A stretch of 64,000 nt of DNA from a virus. Location of the stretch: UHGV virus genome UHGV-1366919; one strand, written 5' to 3'. The notes below the pieces were generated by a model. The model did not search any database. It was not told where the DNA came from and saw nothing but the letters and a program-made list of their open reading frames with translations. Shown piece after piece: positions 47,730 to 57,072 of this stretch (position 1 is its first letter; every line of letters begins with the position of its first letter). The position numbers and the translations under genes are program-made.

Positions 47730-48872
47730 ATGAGTAATCAAGATGTCTGTGAAATTAAGCCCGTAAAGGCATTTTTATCTACAAATCTGAATAATAAAAC
47801 CAAAACATTTAAAGATTTGGCTGATCGAATTATGCGGAGTCTTGGTTATCCTATTGTCAGCGTAGAGCTGCACCGCGATATGGTTTTTGAATTTATTTCA
47901 ATTGCTATTGAATTCTTTTCCAAATATGTCCAGGACCGGGAAATTCTTTTATTTGATTCTAGAATTTACGAAAAAGGAAAAGGAATTAATATCGGCAAAC
48001 TTTGTACAATCGCTTCCAAGGCAGCAGCTCAAGAAGGACATGTAAGGCCTGAAAATCTTTTTAATAAGACATATGATAAAACTATTGAACGGTTAGAACG
48101 TGTTTATATTGCCCTGCGGGATATACCGGCTGAAGAGCTTCCTTCGACATGGGACAGGCCTGTTAAGAATTGCGAAGTGATTACTGCTGAGCAATATGAT
48201 GAAATTACTACATATAATTCTTCGTTATGTGGATTCTTCAAGATTAGTAAAAAACAAGATTTTACCATTGAAGGAGAAAAAGTAGATAATGTTCCGACTG
48301 AATTTGCCAATGCCTTTGATTATGACTTGATGGATTACAGGCGGTGCGCTCAAGTAATCAGCTATGATGAAAGTTCTAATAGAAGTCCCTATTCATTGTT
48401 TTCTATTCAAAGTGTTCTTTCAGCGCAAGCTTTTTATAGTTACCAGTTTTCAAACCGTGGATTCGACCTTCTTAGTTTTCACTGTCTTCAAGAATTTCTT
48501 AAAACTCGCCGAAGAGTTCTCGCTTTAGATCGTTCTTTTTATTTTAATCCTGAAACACAGTATTTTACAATTCTTCCTGAACCTCGATATACTGATTCAT
48601 TTTATGCAGTTCTTCAAGTTTATCTGGAAAAACCGCTTAGAGAGATCTTGCGTGAAATGTGGGTATACAAATATTCTCTTGCTCAAGCTAAAGTAGCATT
48701 GGGATCAATTAGAGGAAAATTTGGTTCTGTTGCTCTTACTGGAGGAGGTCAATTAACGGATGGTCTTGGATTACGAGCAGAAGGTCAAAGAGAAATTGAA
48801 GAACTTGAAAAAGAACTTATTGACCGAAATGCTTTTGGAGTAAAAGAAAATCCGTTGTTCTTCGTTGGATAA
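47730..48872 (+). CDS. Hypothetical protein, possibly baseplate-associated. A weak gp25/GPW-like RSLG motif sits near the N-terminus.
   Basis: DRIMRSLGYPIVSVEL resembles gp25-type KDVSRSLGLRSIKNSL. 380 aa is much longer than gp25. Confidence 0.3.
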   Translation: MSNQDVCEIKPVKAFLSTNLNNKTKTFKDLADRIMRSLGYPIVSVELHRDMVFEFISIAIEFFSKYVQDREILLFDSRIYEKGKGINIGKLCTIASKAAAQEGHVRPENLFNKTYDKTIERLERVYIALRDIPAEELPSTWDRPVKNCEVITAEQYDEITTYNSSLCGFFKISKKQDFTIEGEKVDNVPTEFANAFDYDLMDYRRCAQVISYDESSNRSPYSLFSIQSVLSAQAFYSYQFSNRGFDLLSFHCLQEFLKTRRRVLALDRSFYFNPETQYFTILPEPRYTDSFYAVLQVYLEKPLREILREMWVYKYSLAQAKVALGSIRGKFGSVALTGGGQLTDGLGLRAEGQREIEELEKELIDRNAFGVKENPLFFVG

Positions 48873-48933
48873 AGACATTTATTTTCATTAAATTTGATTA
48901 ATACCTTAAAGAATTCAGATATATTTTATTCTC

Positions 48934-49863
48934 TTGTCTATGATAAAAAGACAAAGAAGATTTTTAAACACTGAAATTTTTATAAAATTAGCAAAACAAA
49001 TTCATGGAAGCAAATATGATTATTCAAAAGTCAACTATAAAAATGCTAATACAAATGTTTCAATAATTTGTCCAGTTCACAGTTTATTTAGTCAAAATCC
49101 AAGGTCTCATTTGAAAGGGTTTGGATGTGCAAAATGTTCAAATCGAACAGCTAAGACTACAGAAGATTTTATCAAAGAATCAAAGCAGGTTCATGGAGAC
49201 AAATATGATTATTCAGAAACAGTTTACGTCAATAATCACACAAATGTAAAAATCTTTTGCAAAAAAGATAAAATATTCTTTATACAAAATCCTAGAGTTC
49301 ATCTTCAAGGAACGGGATGTCCCAAGTGTGCAAGAAATCAAAAGTTGACAACTAAGGGATTTATAGAAAGAGCTATAGCTATTCATGGTAACAAATATGA
49401 TTATTCTTCAGTAGTTTATCAATCACATGCCAAAAAGATTATTATAATTTGTCCTATCCATGGGCCTTTCGAGCAAAGAGCAAATGGTCATTTGAACGGC
49501 AAAGGCTGTTATAAATGTGCAAAGAGTTATAAGCGTTCAAGGGGAGAGATTGAACTTTGTAAATTTATTAAATCAATTTATTCCGGTCAAGTTTTGGAGA
49601 ATGACAGAACAGTTATTAAGCCAAAAGAACTAGACATTTATCTTCCTGAATTAAAGTTGGCTCTTGAATATAATGGCGAATATTGGCATGATGAAACTAA
49701 GAAACGAAAACCGGGTTATCATAAAGAAAAGCAAAAAGCTTGTGAAAAGAAAGGCATTAAATTAATTGAGGTTTGGGATTCAGAATGGCATGCAGATAAA
49801 GATAGATTTAAAAATCTTATTCAAGAAGTAATAAATTCTATTCAATCACCTTTAAAAATTTAG
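48934..49863 (+). CDS. Putative homing-endonuclease-like protein, third family member: four Zn-ribbon repeats + Vsr/DUF559-type nuclease domain
   Basis: Repeats IHGSKYDYSKVNYKNANTNVSIICPVH.LF.Q....H..G.GC.KC. C-terminal ELDIYLPELKLALEYNGEYWH. Confidence 0.55.
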   Translation: MSMIKRQRRFLNTEIFIKLAKQIHGSKYDYSKVNYKNANTNVSIICPVHSLFSQNPRSHLKGFGCAKCSNRTAKTTEDFIKESKQVHGDKYDYSETVYVNNHTNVKIFCKKDKIFFIQNPRVHLQGTGCPKCARNQKLTTKGFIERAIAIHGNKYDYSSVVYQSHAKKIIIICPIHGPFEQRANGHLNGKGCYKCAKSYKRSRGEIELCKFIKSIYSGQVLENDRTVIKPKELDIYLPELKLALEYNGEYWHDETKKRKPGYHKEKQKACEKKGIKLIEVWDSEWHADKDRFKNLIQEVINSIQSPLKI

Positions 49864-49923
49864 ATTTTTTATAAAATATAAGATGTAATTACGTTGCCGT
49901 AATTCATTTTATTATTTGTGGTT

Positions 49924-49962
49924 AAAAATCCGAAGAGCTTTAATTAGTTCTTCGGATTTTTT
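49924..49962 (+). terminator. Rho-independent terminator
   Basis: AAAAATCCGAAGA ... TCTTCGGATTTTT with a ~12-nt loop and a T-run. Confidence 0.55.
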
Positions 49963-50015
49963 GTTTTTTACATTAATCACCTTCAATTTTAAAGAAAAGA
50001 GTATAATAGTAATAA

Positions 50016-50552
50016 ATGGGATTGTTTAAATCAAATATTCAAAAAACAATAAAGAAATTAAAAGAGGATCAATTAAACAAAATTGAACCCCTGAAATTAT
50101 CTTTTAATGTTCTTATTCAGCGGTTGAATAACGAACGAAGAAAATTAAAAGATTTAGAAGAGCTTATTAAACTTCAAGAATCTTCTAAAAATATTGCTCA
50201 AAAGAGAGGAAAAGATATTTTAGTAGAAGAGTATGAAAAGCAAATTGAAAATACTCTTGAAAAATGTAATAAACAAGAAGCATTAATTGTTCAACTTCAA
50301 CCTGTAATTAATAATTGTAAAAAAATTATTGAGGCCTTGGAAGAGAACTTTCAAGCTAAGTTATTTGATTTAGAAGTCCTGGCTAATATGCAGTATGCTT
50401 CAGATTTAACAGATGGAATCTCCTCAATTGGAGGAAGTAAGCATTCATCTAAAAATAATAAGATTTTAGTAAACAAAATTAAAAGAAAACTTGAGGCTGA
50501 ATCTGAACGATTGATTGCCAAGTTTGATGTGGAACAAGATATAAACCTTTGA
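50016..50552 (+). CDS. Hypothetical coiled-coil protein
   Basis: 178 aa with heptad-like K/E/L periodicity. Confidence 0.4.
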   Translation: MGLFKSNIQKTIKKLKEDQLNKIEPLKLSFNVLIQRLNNERRKLKDLEELIKLQESSKNIAQKRGKDILVEEYEKQIENTLEKCNKQEALIVQLQPVINNCKKIIEALEENFQAKLFDLEVLANMQYASDLTDGISSIGGSKHSSKNNKILVNKIKRKLEAESERLIAKFDVEQDINL

Positions 50553-50553
50553 T

Positions 50554-51342
50554 ATGAGAATTGCTTTTTTAGCCAGTTTAGCTATTTTTATAGTTTTGTA
50601 TATCTATATTGTTTATATTCATGAAAACCTTAAAGATAAAAAAGAAAATAAAGAATTCCTTAAGAAAAGAAATAAACTTTCTTACTGGATTAGAAATTGC
50701 CCAACATTTCTAAATCCTGAAAACTTTTTAGGAATGTTTAATAATATTGATACTAATAACCTTAATCTTCAATATTTTCCTGAAGCAATTGGCCGATATA
50801 ATTTTATTGACGAATATAAATTTACATTCAAGGAAATGAAAAATCTTATCGATGATTTTATTCCTTGTTTAATTTATGAAAATATTAAAGGAGATGAAAT
50901 TATAGTCATTCCTAACAGTGACCCTAATGCTAATCCGGTTATTTTATTTGATATTGTTCCACGGACAAAATTTGAAGAACTAAATGATATTGGTTTTCTT
51001 CCTGAAACTTTTAGTAACTCTAAAACTTATACTATTAAAACTAACCATGAAATAGACGAGATGGATTTTGGGGTTTTTGCCGAAAAGAGTTTTCAAACTT
51101 ATAAAATAGGAACTGCTTCTATCTTGGTTGATAGAGATAAACTTCAAGAAAAAGGTTTTAGTGGTTATGGTGTAATTATTCTTTATCTTTCTGATAAAAT
51201 GGCAAAAGAATGTATTGATAATGCTGAAAGGAATTGTTTAGGTTCTTGTATAGATAGACTTTACCGGGAAGGACGATTTAAGGGAATTGTAGCAACTTAT
51301 GCAACATTTAATCCTAAAGAATATCACATAAATGAATATTGA
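50554..51342 (+). CDS. Hypothetical membrane-anchored protein
   Basis: N-terminal hydrophobic helix IAFLASLAIFIVLYIYIVYI. 262 aa. Confidence 0.4.
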   Translation: MRIAFLASLAIFIVLYIYIVYIHENLKDKKENKEFLKKRNKLSYWIRNCPTFLNPENFLGMFNNIDTNNLNLQYFPEAIGRYNFIDEYKFTFKEMKNLIDDFIPCLIYENIKGDEIIVIPNSDPNANPVILFDIVPRTKFEELNDIGFLPETFSNSKTYTIKTNHEIDEMDFGVFAEKSFQTYKIGTASILVDRDKLQEKGFSGYGVIILYLSDKMAKECIDNAERNCLGSCIDRLYREGRFKGIVATYATFNPKEYHINEY

Positions 51343-52054
51343 ACACACAATAAATGGTAATGTTTATCTTTGTGGAGATCTTCATAAAGATATAAATGGC
51401 ATTTTTCAAAAAATTAAAGAACTTAATATTAGAGATTCCTATATTATTATTCTAGGTGATTGCGAAATAGGATTTTATAAAGAAAAGCCGGCTAAATTTT
51501 ATAATTATTTCTCTAAACAGCTTAAATTAAGAAATAATACCGTTTATCTTATCCGAGGAAATCACGATAATCCGGAATATTGGCTAAATCCTATAAGATC
51601 TGAGGTAGAGGAAAAATGGCCAAATATTATTCATCTTAGAGATAATAGCCTTGTTTCTATTAACGATAAAATTTATTTTATTTGGGGCGGCGCCGTATCA
51701 ATTGACCGGGCTATTTTGAAAGAAGGTAGTACTTGGTTTAGATCAGAAAGAACAACGCTTAATATTGCAAAACTTTTATTGTTTAAGGATATTAAAATTT
51801 TTGGAGTATTGGCACATACTGGTCCACGTCCAGATACTTTAGATGATAAACAATTTAAAAGACGTTGTAAATTTGACAAAAGGTTAATTGATGATATTAT
51901 GGAAGAACAATCAAATATTTGTCAAATTATTAATATGTTAAATCCCGAAGTCTGGTTTAACGGACATTATCATACTTCTTTTGAGAAGACCACAACCAAT
52001 GGGACTAAAGTAACATGTCTTGATATTTTGGAAATAAGAAAACTTATTGCTTAA
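51332..52054 (+). CDS. Calcineurin-like metallophosphoesterase
   Basis: Motifs VYLCGDLHKD, IIILGDCEIGF and IRGNHDNPEYW. Confidence 0.6.
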   Translation: MNIEHTINGNVYLCGDLHKDINGIFQKIKELNIRDSYIIILGDCEIGFYKEKPAKFYNYFSKQLKLRNNTVYLIRGNHDNPEYWLNPIRSEVEEKWPNIIHLRDNSLVSINDKIYFIWGGAVSIDRAILKEGSTWFRSERTTLNIAKLLLFKDIKIFGVLAHTGPRPDTLDDKQFKRRCKFDKRLIDDIMEEQSNICQIINMLNPEVWFNGHYHTSFEKTTTNGTKVTCLDILEIRKLIA

Positions 52055-52074
52055 TTGTCATTAACTAATGACAT

Positions 52075-52854
52075 ATGACGGATTCAGCTGAACCAATTTA
52101 TCCTGACATTAGACTTTTATATTATTTGTTTGATCCTGAGACAAAAGAATATCTTTGCTTATATTCTCCTGTCCCTAATCCTTATTATAGTCCTAAGAAA
52201 AACCCGGAATCTAAACCTTATATGCCGTTGCCTTCCAATGTAACGGATAAAGAACCATTGGAAACTGCTGAAAATCAAGTTACAGTCTTTGACAAGAAGA
52301 CTCAAAAATGGAGTATTAAGGTTGATTTCAGGAATAAAAAATATTGGGATAAGCAAAGTAAAAAGCTTAATATCATTACCGAAATCGGTAAAAATCCAGC
52401 CAAAACTTGGACGGATATTGAACCCGATGATGACCGAAAAGTTTGGGATGAAGAATCTAATTCTTGGATTTTTCCGATTGAAGTTCTTTATGAGCTAAAA
52501 ATTAAAGAAGTTCGAGAGGCTGCTGATAATGCTGCAAATCTCCTTAAATTAAATTATTCTCAAGCAGAATTTGATACTTGGGAGAAACAAGAAAAAGGAG
52601 CCCGGGCTCTTCAAGCAGATCCAGATTCAACAATCCCAGAAGCTGATTTTGTTCGAACATTAGCGGCAACTCGAGGTTTAACTCTTGATGAAATGATTAC
52701 TAAAATTTTAAATGCTGCTGCTCGAGCATTACTTCCAGGGGCTCAAATCATTGGTATTCAGCAACGATTAGAGGATGAAGTGAAAGTTGCTTTAGAGAAT
52801 AATGATCGAAAGACATTAGAAAATATTAAATTTCCAGATATTAATAGTCTTTGA
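52075..52854 (+). CDS. Hypothetical protein
   Basis: 259-aa ORF. Hairpin terminator immediately downstream. Confidence 0.4.
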   Translation: MTDSAEPIYPDIRLLYYLFDPETKEYLCLYSPVPNPYYSPKKNPESKPYMPLPSNVTDKEPLETAENQVTVFDKKTQKWSIKVDFRNKKYWDKQSKKLNIITEIGKNPAKTWTDIEPDDDRKVWDEESNSWIFPIEVLYELKIKEVREAADNAANLLKLNYSQAEFDTWEKQEKGARALQADPDSTIPEADFVRTLAATRGLTLDEMITKILNAAARALLPGAQIIGIQQRLEDEVKVALENNDRKTLENIKFPDINSL

Positions 52855-52857
52855 ATG

Positions 52858-52895
52858 AAATCCCATGGAGATCAATTCTCCATGGGATTTTTTAT
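52858..52895 (+). terminator. Rho-independent terminator
   Basis: AAATCCCATGGAGA-TCAAT-TCTCCATGGGATTT followed by TTTTATTTT. Confidence 0.65.
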
Positions 52896-52912
52896 TTTAA
52901 ATAAAAGTCATA

Positions 52913-53758
52913 ATGACTGTCTTAGAATTTGACAAATTTAAAAAGCTGATTACTCCCTGGCCTATTGCCTATTATGGAGAAACTCAAGATCTTTCTTTAG
53001 AGTTTGATCTTCCTACTTGTGCTTGTTTTGAATCAGTTAATAATATTACTTTGAATTTTTATAAGAAAGGCCAAGTTGGAGTTGAAGATAGTCTTTTAGT
53101 TACTTCTGTCGATTTTACATTATTTGACCAAACTACTTGGACTGGACAAGTCTCCTTTACTGGTGAAGCCTTACTTGAATATATTCAATCGGTGGCTGAA
53201 GGAACTGCAGTCATGGATGGAGAATTTATTTTTCAGGTTGCCGGTAATAAGACAATTAAATCTCAAGTTTTTTATGTAAAGATTTATAACTGTAAGCCTC
53301 CACTTCCTCCAGAGCCGGAATATCCTAACAAGGATGAAATGGATAAAGCTATTGCAGATGCTATTGAAAAGCATAATACTGATTTAAATGCTCATAAAGA
53401 TTTATTAATTTCTCGAGTAAATGAAATTGATGTTCTTAATACAACTTCTTTAGAAAATCATTATGTTTATGATGAGATTAATAAAAAATGGATTTTTGAT
53501 ACTACTTTAAACGGTAATGTAATTTATATTAATTCTGTAGATTCAACTATCGAATCTTTAATTTTAGATTTCACTAATAATCGAATTGGCGATTTAATTA
53601 GAATAGTAATCTATAAACCGCTTAATTGTTCTATTTCTTTTATTGCTAAAGACGGTTCTACAGTTTCTTTGGTTGAAGCAGAAAAACCATTAGATTGGTA
53701 TATTTTAGAATTCGTACCAATTCGAGATATGGATCAAATTAAAGTTATTAATAAATGA
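52913..53758 (+). CDS. Hypothetical protein
   Basis: 281-aa ORF. Hairpin terminator downstream. Confidence 0.4.
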   Translation: MTVLEFDKFKKLITPWPIAYYGETQDLSLEFDLPTCACFESVNNITLNFYKKGQVGVEDSLLVTSVDFTLFDQTTWTGQVSFTGEALLEYIQSVAEGTAVMDGEFIFQVAGNKTIKSQVFYVKIYNCKPPLPPEPEYPNKDEMDKAIADAIEKHNTDLNAHKDLLISRVNEIDVLNTTSLENHYVYDEINKKWIFDTTLNGNVIYINSVDSTIESLILDFTNNRIGDLIRIVIYKPLNCSISFIAKDGSTVSLVEAEKPLDWYILEFVPIRDMDQIKVINK

Positions 53759-53781
53759 TTTTTTTCATAATATAAACTTGA

Positions 53782-53814
53782 AACCCGGATAAGAAAAACT
53801 TATCCGGGTTTTTA
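53782..53814 (+). terminator. Rho-independent terminator
   Basis: AACCCGGATAAG-AAAAA-CTTATCCGGGTT followed by TTTTT. Confidence 0.65.
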
Positions 53815-53823
53815 TGTTATAAT

Positions 53824-55059
53824 ATGTTTATAATGTGTTTGTCAAAGCAAGTCAGAATTGCAGTTGTAGGACCACCAGATTCTGGTAAATCAACTTTCAT
53901 TTCCAAAGCAGTAAAAATATTAACAGGGAGAACAGTTAATCCTGATGCCTTAATGAAAGAAGTTCATTATTCCGATGGTAAAGACATTTATGGAAATGAC
54001 GATACTAGAACTATTAAATGTGCAAAAATCTTTTGCAATTATTTCGGGCTTGAAATTTGTTTTTATGATTGTCCCGGACATAAGGAATATATTGACCAAA
54101 TTAAGCAGGGGATAAATGCTGCTTCACTTGTAATTTTCATTAGTGATTATAATAGAAAAGAGGAAAGTGAAAGATATTTTGAATTTATTAAGGAACTTCT
54201 CCCGAAAAATAAAATATTTTATAAAATAAATTCTCATTATCCAGTCGATAATAAAAATACAAGTCCTAATTGTTATAATTTCGATACTGAATTAGGTGAA
54301 GATAATTTTCGATCTATAATTTTTGATTTAATAAAAGAAATAAGAGATAATGAATCTATAGAGCTTATTGATGTAGAGGCAGAAGCTATTTCTTTATTAA
54401 AGGAAAATATTGATTCAACAAAGCATAATGCTATTTTCTTTTCTGGAGGTAAAGATTCTTTAGTCGGACTTCATCTTATTAAACAAGCAGGATTAATTGA
54501 TAATTTTTCTGTTTATGTTCCCTGCTCAGGATTTGATTTTCCGGAAGTAAATCATATAATCAATATCTATGAGCTTCTCTTTAAGAAAAAGTTTTTTAAA
54601 TTTGATAATTCTTTAGGTCTAGACTATCAAAGAAATACTTCTTATGAATTAATGGAAGCCAAAGCTTTGGCTAATGAAAAACTTATTAAAGAAAAGAATA
54701 TTGATTTAGTTTCTATTCAATTCAGAGCTTCTGACGAAGGAGTAAGAAGTAAAGACCATTATATTGTTCAAAAGGAAAATCATACCAGATTTTCTCCTGT
54801 CTTTAATTTTACCGAAGAAAATATTTGGCGATATATTCAAAAATATACTCTTCCTGTTTGCGAACTCTATTTTAAAGGTTACCGTAGTTTAGGAGATTCT
54901 TTTGTTACCGAACCATGTATGCCTCATTTTAAAACAGTAGAGGAAATAATCAAATATATATATGAACACCCCCATACTTCTGAGCGAGACGGGAGAAAAG
55001 CACAAGATAATTCGGTTCCTTTTGCTATGGAACATTTAAGGGATAAAGGATTTTTTTAA
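53824..55059 (+). CDS. Fusion protein: N-terminal translational-GTPase-like (CysN-like) G domain + C-terminal CysD-like ATP sulfurylase / PAPS-reductase-family (PP-loop) domain
   Basis: G1 VVGPPDSGKST and G3 DCPGH (as in EF-Tu/CysN). C-terminal PP-loop AIFFSGGKDSLVGLHLIK. NFTEENIWRYIQKYTLPVCELYF and GYRSLGDSF align with the CysD blocks [22 protein letters not shown] and RFRTLGCWP. Confidence 0.6.
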   Translation: MFIMCLSKQVRIAVVGPPDSGKSTFISKAVKILTGRTVNPDALMKEVHYSDGKDIYGNDDTRTIKCAKIFCNYFGLEICFYDCPGHKEYIDQIKQGINAASLVIFISDYNRKEESERYFEFIKELLPKNKIFYKINSHYPVDNKNTSPNCYNFDTELGEDNFRSIIFDLIKEIRDNESIELIDVEAEAISLLKENIDSTKHNAIFFSGGKDSLVGLHLIKQAGLIDNFSVYVPCSGFDFPEVNHIINIYELLFKKKFFKFDNSLGLDYQRNTSYELMEAKALANEKLIKEKNIDLVSIQFRASDEGVRSKDHYIVQKENHTRFSPVFNFTEENIWRYIQKYTLPVCELYFKGYRSLGDSFVTEPCMPHFKTVEEIIKYIYEHPHTSERDGRKAQDNSVPFAMEHLRDKGFF

Positions 55060-55499
55060 TGAATGAGGAAAAATTTAGAAAAGTAAATCAATTTAATAAA
55101 TGTTTTAGAGCTGAAGATTCCCCTTCTATCCTTTGTATTTGCGGAGAAAGCGGATCTGGAAAATCGACATTGGCTAAAAAGATTCTTGAATATCGGGAAT
55201 CTAATGAAAATATTCATCCGACAGTTGTTCTTGACGGAGATGGAGTACGACATTTTGTTACCCCTGATTTAGGATATTCTGATGAAGATCGAATAAAAAA
55301 TAATGAAATAATTGCAGGAATTGCTTTTTTATTAGTTGTCCAGGGTTTTAATGTAATTATTTCTACTGTTCGGGCCAATGTCGCCTATAACATTCTAAGT
55401 CAATATTGGAATCATAATATTCATTGTTTTGTTTGTGACAAATACACCAGAGATACAGAAGAATATAAAGAAGCATATAATAATTTTATTAAAAAATGA
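55059..55499 (+). CDS. cysC: Adenylylsulfate (APS) kinase, CysC-like
   Basis: ICGESGSGKST plus VVLDGDGVRHFVTPDLGYSDEDRIKNNEIIAGIAFLLVVQGFNVIISTVRAN. This aligns with the E. coli CysC LSGSGKST...[52 protein letters not shown]. Confidence 0.75.
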   Translation: MNEEKFRKVNQFNKCFRAEDSPSILCICGESGSGKSTLAKKILEYRESNENIHPTVVLDGDGVRHFVTPDLGYSDEDRIKNNEIIAGIAFLLVVQGFNVIISTVRANVAYNILSQYWNHNIHCFVCDKYTRDTEEYKEAYNNFIKK

Positions 55500-56329
55500 A
55501 ATCTGAATTAGTTCAAGGACCAATTAAATTTCCTATTGACATTGACCTGGAGAAAATGATTATAACTTCTCCAAATATGAATTTAGAAATAAAAATTTAT
55601 CATGAAGATGAACAAGGATTTTATGTAGATTATCAAAATCAAGTTTACCGTTTAGAATATAATCCAATTTCCAAAAATTATTGGTTTATGTATTTGAACA
55701 AAACACCATTTATTAGAGGATGCTGGTTTGTTCGAGCTAATATTTGTCATAAATTAAAATTTATTTCTTTTATTATCAGCAAAAATGGTTGTTCTTCTAT
55801 TTTAAAAACTTCAATGGTTCATGACGGAACATATGATACTATTCAGGATCATTCTTTTATCTGGAATAATCCGCAATATTGTTTCGAAAAGAATGTTATT
55901 CAAAATATAGCAAAATGCCATGCTTATCCTGACTATATTAAGTTTGTAGTTTTAGAAGATCCATTTAAAAGATTTCTAAGATGGCTGAATTGGTCCTGGA
56001 AAAACAAATATAACAAATACTATAATTTTAATTTATCAAAAGAGGATTTTATTAAAGAACATCTTTGGTCTCTTCCTTATATTACAAGAGAATTAGTTTG
56101 CTGCGATGAACATGTAATTCAACAGGAAAAATATTTTGAACATATCAGAAAAGAAGGATTTGAACCATTAGTTGTTCAATTATCTGATTTACCGATTTTC
56201 TTTAAAAATCAATTTGGAGTTGAGTTAATTAAAAATAATGTTTCTTCTCCTTCTGAACGTATTTTTACAAAGGAAGATTTTACTGAAGATCAACTAAAGG
56301 AAATTTATAAGTTTTTGAATATCAAATGA
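55496..56329 (+). CDS. Putative PAPS-dependent sulfotransferase (Sulfotransfer_2-like 5'PSB and 3'PB motifs)
   Basis: FIISKNGCSSILK resembles the 5'-phosphosulfate-binding P-K-x-G-[ST]-[ST] loop. VVLEDPFKRFLRW resembles the 3'-phosphate-binding RDP..R..S helix. Located directly downstream of the PAPS-synthesis genes. Confidence 0.4.
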   Translation: MKSELVQGPIKFPIDIDLEKMIITSPNMNLEIKIYHEDEQGFYVDYQNQVYRLEYNPISKNYWFMYLNKTPFIRGCWFVRANICHKLKFISFIISKNGCSSILKTSMVHDGTYDTIQDHSFIWNNPQYCFEKNVIQNIAKCHAYPDYIKFVVLEDPFKRFLRWLNWSWKNKYNKYYNFNLSKEDFIKEHLWSLPYITRELVCCDEHVIQQEKYFEHIRKEGFEPLVVQLSDLPIFFKNQFGVELIKNNVSSPSERIFTKEDFTEDQLKEIYKFLNIK

Positions 56330-57072
56330 AAAAGTTTTTTGTAAACATTTTTACATATAAAGAAGATGAAGAGATTGTAAAATACAGTGCTCTTTCAGCC
56401 AAATATGTATTAGGCGATGATGTTGAAATAAATGTTATTGATGATAATAAACATCCCATTTCAGAAGAAAAGATTAAAGAATTAAATGAACTTGGCATTT
56501 TGTATCGTCAATCCACCTTTGACAGAAAACATAATTTAAACGGTAAAGAATGTGTCGTTGGTATTTTAGAAGAAATAAAAAAATCTACCAAAGGGAGGGA
56601 CGGAGTATCAATTAAACTTGATTCAGATACAATGATTGCACATCGAGAAATATTTGATAAGTTTTATGATACTGAAAGCTGTATGTTTGCAGCTTCTCAT
56701 CGGCCAGGCAGTATTTTTTCCGGAATATGCTATCTTATTAAAAATGATATTTTAGATAAGATGATTAAAATGGCCAATGACTGCGATATTCATGAAACGT
56801 CAGCTCCCGAAGATATGACGATCGGATGCTTGGCAACTATTTGTTCTATGCCTAACAGCATTTATATTATGCCTGAATGGAATCCCAATAAAAAAGAGGA
56901 TGATGGACTTTGTACTGCCTGGAATTATGATTGTGATTTAAAATATATTGAAGAATATTATAAACTTTTCTTTATTGTTACATTTGGAAACTGGTTTACG
57001 GTCAAAGGCAATACTAAAGCTTGCCGAAATAAACCTATGGAGCTCTTCCTTGATCAAATCTTAAATATTTGA
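56326..57072 (+). CDS. Putative glycosyltransferase-like protein (GT-A-like DXD motif)
   Basis: INVIDDNKHPIS and KLDSDTMIA (DxD-like). 248 aa. Overlaps both neighbours by 4 nt, consistent with operonic coupling. Confidence 0.3.
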   Translation: MKKFFVNIFTYKEDEEIVKYSALSAKYVLGDDVEINVIDDNKHPISEEKIKELNELGILYRQSTFDRKHNLNGKECVVGILEEIKKSTKGRDGVSIKLDSDTMIAHREIFDKFYDTESCMFAASHRPGSIFSGICYLIKNDILDKMIKMANDCDIHETSAPEDMTIGCLATICSMPNSIYIMPEWNPNKKEDDGLCTAWNYDCDLKYIEEYYKLFFIVTFGNWFTVKGNTKACRNKPMELFLDQILNI

